Program-made: the position numbers and the translations under genes
Notes under the pieces: model-generated
What the model was told of the DNA's origin: nothing
Seen by the model: the letters and a program-made list of their open reading frames with translations, nothing else
Database searches by the model: none
Shown here: one piece after another, positions 57,621 to 64,000 of the stretch
Layout: each line of letters begins with the position of its first letter
How positions within the stretch are numbered: the stretch's first letter is position 1
NCBI RefSeq assembly: GCF_009914755.1
Contig: NC_060938.1
DNA from: the human T2T-CHM13v2.0 reference genome, Homo sapiens
DNA: 64,000 nucleotides
Strand: one strand, 5' to 3'

Positions 57621-57769
57621 AGGGGGCATGGAGCAGGCTCACTAATCATCAATCTCAAGAGAGACTCCCACTGAGTATAGAATTGCAGAGAATGTCATTA
57701 TGCCAAGCACCAGAAACCAGGAGTCCATGTACTTATGCCCGAGACATCCTAGGCTACTGTTAAGTCCAC

Positions 57770-58197
57770 CTCATACTGGTTATCTATTTGTCTGAGTCCA
57801 GTGAGACAGAACATACACACAAGTTATGTAAAGCAGGTTTATTTTTTATAGATAACAGTAAGGGACAGAAGTCTTGGATCCATTGTGAGCTCATCCCTCA
57901 AGGCTCAAGAAAACTGCCCAAGGTGAACGTGGTCTTGACTGCCTGTGTCCCATTTTGTATCACAGCTGAGGACCCTCAAAAGGCAGCCTGCCCTGGGTTT
58001 CATACCCTGGGAGAAACAGGACTCCCTGGGCAAAGCTTTGAAGGACATCTTCCTTCTGGGGGAGAGAGGAATAAAGCCTGAGCTTTTTCTCAGGATATTG
58101 CATTCCAGCACATTCTACTCTTATTCTTGAGACTACATGCAAAAAAGGGGGAGGGAAAATTGGGTTGGTTCAAGGTCACTCAGAGAACTGTCTTGCA
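57770..58197 (-). mobile_element. ERVL LTR (MER74/MER54/LTR53 group)
   Basis: aagcaggtttatt (poly-A signal, reverse complement); ends agagaactgtcttgca. Confidence 0.55.
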
Positions 58198-59892
58198 GGG
58201 GAGAAACTTGGCGATGCAAGCAAGAGAGGGTTATCGCAGAAGGTAAGAGGGGAAGGCTTCCAGTGTTGGGTTTGGTTTTAAATAGAAGTGTAGACAGCTC
58301 TGCCCATAGCAACAGGATGAAAGACAAGAGTATAAAGATATAGGCACTGCTACCCGGAAAGATGTCTCCTTGGGGGCAGGTGACATTCTTCTAATTGCTC
58401 CTATTGTTCCAGTGAAATAAGGCCATCAGCTGAGAGTGAGGAGAAGGGAGGAGATACCACAAAACATGGGCTGCAGCTTGGACCCCTGCCCCATATTTTT
58501 AAACCCAGCCTATCTGGCTTGAAATTTCTAGTCGAGATGCTGCATTTGGATCTACCTTTAAGCCGTCCACCTTGTAAAGGCATTTTTTCCCTCATATAGC
58601 CCTAAACACCTCTTTACAAGCAAGGTGATTTACCCGAGTTGGCTGTCCTACTTAATCAAGCTATTAAAGCCCAAACTGCAGTGTGAAAAAGGTGCAGGCT
58701 CAATTTAGGTGCCAGGTCATTACAAAATTGGCCCTTATGAACTATAATTAGGCAAGAGAGCCCACAGCTGATCCAGATGGCATTAAGGAACAGAAGAATG
58801 AGTCAAGGGCCAAGGGGACAGGTGTACCATCCACGGAGGCTTTCCTCACACAAATGCTTCTTTTCCTTCTTTTCCTATCTTCTCCGCTGGTGGCAGCAGC
58901 CTCTCTCATTGTGGCCTCTCCACTAAAGCCTTAGGGTGCAGGGGTGGAAGGGTTAGGGCAGAACCTAACATCCAGTGTTGCCGTGAGTGGGGTGAGCCTG
59001 GGGCCCTGTTGAAACCCAGGCTAAATCATAGTGGGAGCCTCTCCTACCCCACCTCCCTCACAACTTCTAGGATTTTCATCCAAAGCAAAAGAGGCTTCAC
59101 TGAATGTCAAGTCAGACTTGAGAAGAAACAGAAAAGAGAAGTGCAAAAATGATAGGAGGGAGGCAAGAGTCTCTTATGAGGCAGTGCCCATGGCTATAGT
59201 GTAGAGCTGGCTCAAGCCACAGCCAACAGAAAATAGGAGCTGAAGAGAAGCTTGCCCAGGGGGGCTGCCTTAGCCAGAGCTTCTTGCAAATCCCCCAAAT
59301 GATTTTCACATCCTTGCATTTAACTCCTCCATCTCCCCCACCCCCGCTCTGAGCAGAGGTGACTGTAAACTAGTTTTTGTTCCATACTTCTAGAGTGTTA
59401 CCACGGTGGTTGCAGTCCACTAAGGGCAGTTGTGAGATACCGGAAGTCAAACCCAGTTTTCCCTTATCACCTCTTTATGTCACTGATTTTCAATTTAACA
59501 GTTACAGAGAAAAATGAATTTGGCTGGTTTCACGATAAACCAAAGAAAGCACACCTGAAGGCAGGTGAGTATCAGGTGCTGTCTGTAGGTTTCCTATCAA
59601 TGAATGGAGTGGAGGGATGTGGTTCATTCTTATTTTCTCCCTGACGTCTCTCCCGGCCCAGAGGACCACTCTGTTTTAAGCCATGGGATGATGTTCTTTG
59701 AATTGCCAGAGTGGCTGCTTCTCCTCTGTCTTGCAAGGGAGGGTCCCCCTCAGAGGAGTGAGACAGCTTTCAGACCCCACAGTAGAAAACAAAGAGGAAG
59801 AAGCATCTGGGGCTACAAAATGAAACAGAGTCCTCTCAATAAGCTCTAAATGACACTGGGCACCATGTCATCTCTACATGTTCTCTACACCC

Positions 59893-60059
59893 AGTGGTGT
59901 GCTACCACACATTTAACAGTTGGTTCTCTGGGGAAAAAAAAAGACCTAGTTTGTAGCATATGCCAATTTCTATGGTGTAAATACTACCACTCAGATGAAT
60001 TTCAAGCTTTCTAATATGAGGTCACTGAACACAAAGTTGGGAAGATAAAAGCACCACTG
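59893..60059. mobile_element. MER63-like hAT fossil
   Basis: cagtggtgtgct...ggtgtaaatact...cactgaacacaaagttgggaaga...gcaccactg. Confidence 0.7.
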
Positions 60060-60701
60060 GCTTTTGTGAGCTGGTGATTACCACCAATGTTTCATGGTCA
60101 ACAACGTGAGGGCAGGTGTACTTCATCTCGAATGAAAGCTGCGGTAGAACTCAAAGAAGTAAAAGGTATAGAAGTAACAGGCATGCAAGGCTTAAGGAAC
60201 TGGGCAGAGATTAATTTCTCTGCAAAATGAGAATATTGGGAAGATCTCTTCGGTGACCCAAAACAGAGAGACTTAGGAAGAAGTATCAGACAGGGCGTTT
60301 TGGGGGTTGGGAGTGGAAAGCAGGTAAAAATCCTATTTGACATGTATTAATTGTGTAATTTTAAAAGGAAAAAGAAAAACAATATTAAACAGTATTCTGG
60401 GCTATGCAATGTAGACTTCCCTGTAGCATCCTTTAAGAAATCTTCAGTAAAATCTTCAGACTAATTCTTCACTTATGGTTATTTGAGTGGCTTTTGCTTC
60501 AGGGGCTGTGAGGAAGTGATGAATTCTGCTGTGAGGCTGTTGTAGGATAAAGCTGAGTCTGCTTATGAGAGAGCTGCTGTATCCAAGACCATTTAGTTAC
60601 AATCTCTTATTTATTCAAATCAGAAGGTAAGCTCCACAAGGGCAAGGACTTTGTTTTGCTCACTGCTATCTCATTAGTGTCTAGAAATATACGTGGAAGA
60701 T

Positions 60702-61243
60702 TGTGATAGCTAATCTTGAGTGTCAACTTCATTGAAGAATACAAAGTACTGTTCCTGGATGTGTCTGTGAGGGTGTTGCCAAAGGAGATTAACATTTGAG
60801 TCAGTGAACTGGGAAGGGCAGACTGACCCTCAATCCTGGTGGGCATAATTTAATCAGCTGCCAGTGCGGCCATAATAAAAGCAGGCAGGAATCAGGGAAA
60901 GACTAGACTAGTTTAGTCTTCTGGCCTCCGTCTTTCTCCCGTGATGGATGTTTCCTGCCCTTGAACATCAGACTCCAGGTTCTTCAGCTTTGAACTCTTA
61001 GACTTATACCAGTGGTTTGCCAGGGCCTCTTGGGTCTTAGGCCACAGACTGAAGGCTGCACAGTCAGCTTCCCTACTTTTGAGGTTTTGGGACTCGGACT
61101 GGCTTCCTGGCTTCTCAGCTTGCAGATGGCCTATTGTGGGACTTCACCTTGTGATCATGTGAGCCAATTCTCCTAATAAACTCCCCTTCATATATACATC
61201 TATCCTATTAGTTCTGTGCCTCTAGAGAACCCTGACAAATACA
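60702..61243 (+). mobile_element. MLT2A-family solo LTR (HERV-L; length suggests MLT2A2)
   Basis: tgtgatagctaatcttgagtgtcaact...ctagagaaccctgacaaataca; TSD aagat/aagac. Confidence 0.88.
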
Positions 61244-61303
61244 AAGACGATCAGTATTTGAATGTTATCGAATAGCTTTTTAAACATCACCATGGTGCTT
61301 AAC

Positions 61304-61685
61304 ACAGCACAGTCCAGTGGAACTTTCTGCAGTGGTGGAAATGTTCTACGTCTGTGTTGTCCAATGTAGTGGTAGCCACTAGTCACAGGTGGCTGTGGAC
61401 ATCTAAACATTTGGCTACTGCAATTAACAAACTGGATTTTAAATTTTATTTCATTTTAATTAATTTAAACTTAAATGAACACCTGTGGCCAGCATCTACC
61501 ACACTGGACAACACAGTAATCACTTTGCTACTCCAGTTATGGTCTATGGCCTAGCAGCATTGGCATCATCTGGGAGCTTGTTAGAAACTCAGAATTTCAG
61601 GCTCCACCACTGAGCTACAAAGCCAGAACCTGTATCCCATTCCCACACGGTCATACACACGTCAAAGTCTGAAATGCTCTGCTCT
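61304..61685. mobile_element. MER3 (~61304-61516) and MER5A (~61520-61685) fossils
   Basis: gaactttctgcagtggtggaaatgttctac; gcagcattggcatcatctgggagcttgttagaaa. Confidence 0.75.
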
Positions 61686-61687
61686 AA

Positions 61688-62093
<406 letters not shown>

Positions 62094-63409
62094 TTTTCTT
62101 CCTATTTTATAGATAAGGTAATTGAACTTCTGATTATGTGATTTTCTTAAGACCACAAAGTGGAAAGGAGAGACGGGGTCGGCAAGCCCAGCATTTCATC
62201 TGTTCTGTTCTCTCTCTGTATGCTGGGGTAGAAGATAGCAGGCTAGATCTGAGCAATTTCAGCACCATTTATTCCAGGACTGTTTTAAAATGGAATAAGA
62301 TCACAGCACTTTACTGCCAGCAACATGAGCTATCGATGTAAGTGATAGTGTAGATGGGTTGTGAAATGGAATAGTTTTGTGGGGCAGGTAGAGAATTAGC
62401 TTCCCATCTCTTCCTCAAGTATAATTGAGTGAGTAGGAATGAAGGCATGGCCTCAATGTAATGGCAGGCTTGCTTTTAGCCAGAAAAACTGGTCCTTTTG
62501 TTGTTCGGGATCTACTTATATGCATACAAGTTCTAGCTGCTTTTCATTTGTTTGTTATTGCATCATATAAAAGGGTTGGGGAGATTTTTAACAATATGGA
62601 GATTAAATTTGACTGGCTTAATGAACAATTCCCTTCGAGAAGTCCCAGGGGTGAGGATGTGGTTCCCTCTATAATGACTGAAGATGAGATACAATGACAG
62701 AGAAATGAACGGTGGCTTTCAACATGAACCCCAAATCAAAAAAAGGTCACAAGGACTCAGACTACAAATTATAAGACCTGGTTTGCTCTCCAGCACCCTT
62801 CCGTGGAGACATCTGTTTATAGCAAGCTCCAGATTCATATTGAATAAATTAATACATGTATTTAATTATGGCAAATGAATCCCTCAAGCAACGTTAAGAA
62901 GTCTGCAATGAGTATGTGCTGTTCAGTCACCAAGTTTTCACTGGGGACACTTTCTTCCCCAGAGCAACCTGTTCCTAGCCAGCCTACACTATTTCATTGG
63001 CCCTACCCTTGTAGAATTAAAACTCTCAAGTGAAAGGACTTGTTACCAAAAATAATGATATCAGTTCAAGTTAGGTGTATGTACTCCTGGTTTGCAAACC
63101 AGCAGTGAGAAAGAACAAGCAAAGGAACAAATAGGTAAACAAAGACAGAAGGAAAAGCAAAATAATAGATTCAGAGTTATCAACAAAGCCGTGAAATAAC
63201 AGGCCTCACCTCCTCCTGGCCCAGCTACCCTGTGACCTCTGTTCTCCGGCAGGGAGAGCAGTTACTCTTCCACCCGGGCACCTGAGCTGGCATTCCTGCC
63301 ATTGCAGTCACTCTTGGTTCATCTCTGAAGGCATGCTTGCATTCTTGACTCATTCCTCTCTCTCACCCTTCACATTGAATTGATCATCAAATCTGGTCTT
63401 GTTTTTTAA

Positions 63410-64000
63410 GGGTATACAAACAATAAAACTTTATTCCACCATAAAAAGGAATGAAAGTTTGATACAAGTTGCAACATTGACAAACCTTAAACACATTGTA
63501 AGTGAATTATGACAGAAATTAACAGGACAAATATGTATGATTCTACTTCTACAGAATATTTAGAATAGGAAAAATGAATTGAGACAGACAATAGATTGAA
63601 GGGAGCAGGTACTGGGGTGGTGGTGGAAATGTGGGTTATTGCTTAATAGATGCAGAGTTTGTATTTGGAATGATGAAAGAAATTGCATATTGTGGTTATG
63701 GTTTAATGACATTGTAAACATAATTAATGCCATGGAATGGTCCACGTAAAATGGTTGAAATAAAAAAAATTTATGTGAAAACTTTAATCAATATTTGAAA
63801 AACTTTAGGTCACTGAAACACACAGTTAAGATGATGAAATAAACCTACTGAGTGGAAAAATATTTGCAAACTACACGTACAGCAAAGGACTAGTATCTAA
63901 AATATATGAAGAGTTATCAAACTCTAATAGTTAAAAAAATAAACAATCCAAGTACATAGTGGGCAAAAATACATGAAGAGTCATTTCAGAGAAGAGGATA
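63410..64000 (+). mobile_element. L1M fragments running to the window end
   Basis: cataaaaaggaatgaa..ggacaaatatgtatgattctac; aaatatttgcaaac..aaaggactagtatc. Confidence 0.75.

Overview
Human or closely related primate genomic DNA. Bases 1-~21600 hold the 3' half of TTC8 (BBS8, a TPR-repeat BBSome subunit) on the + strand. Seven GT-AG coding exons (838 nt) splice in frame to ...LGMYREAEKQFK...QLRQHFAML*, followed by a ~580-nt 3' UTR with AATAAA at 21574. The remaining ~42 kb has no recognisable protein gene and is dense in Alu, L1, L2, MIR, MaLR/ERV LTRs and DNA-transposon fossils, many of them nested. I found no evidence of a novel protein-coding system. The most interesting unexplained structure is a ~58-bp inverted-repeat pair (44358-44415 / 44929-44985), each arm carrying a near-perfect RFX X-box fused to an AP-1-like site, ~23 kb downstream of a ciliary gene. 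Other leads: Alu-bracketed exons that would circularise into a stop-free 426-nt ORF; an intronic E-box/CRX-type cluster with a possible poison exon; three exact DUX4 motifs in LTRs, one upstream of a 203-codon MaLR ORF; and several template-switch scars, including a duplicated MLT1-Alu junction. Repeat subfamily names and exon numbers come from recall of consensus sequences, not from a search. Repeat boundaries are approximate unless TSDs are quoted.
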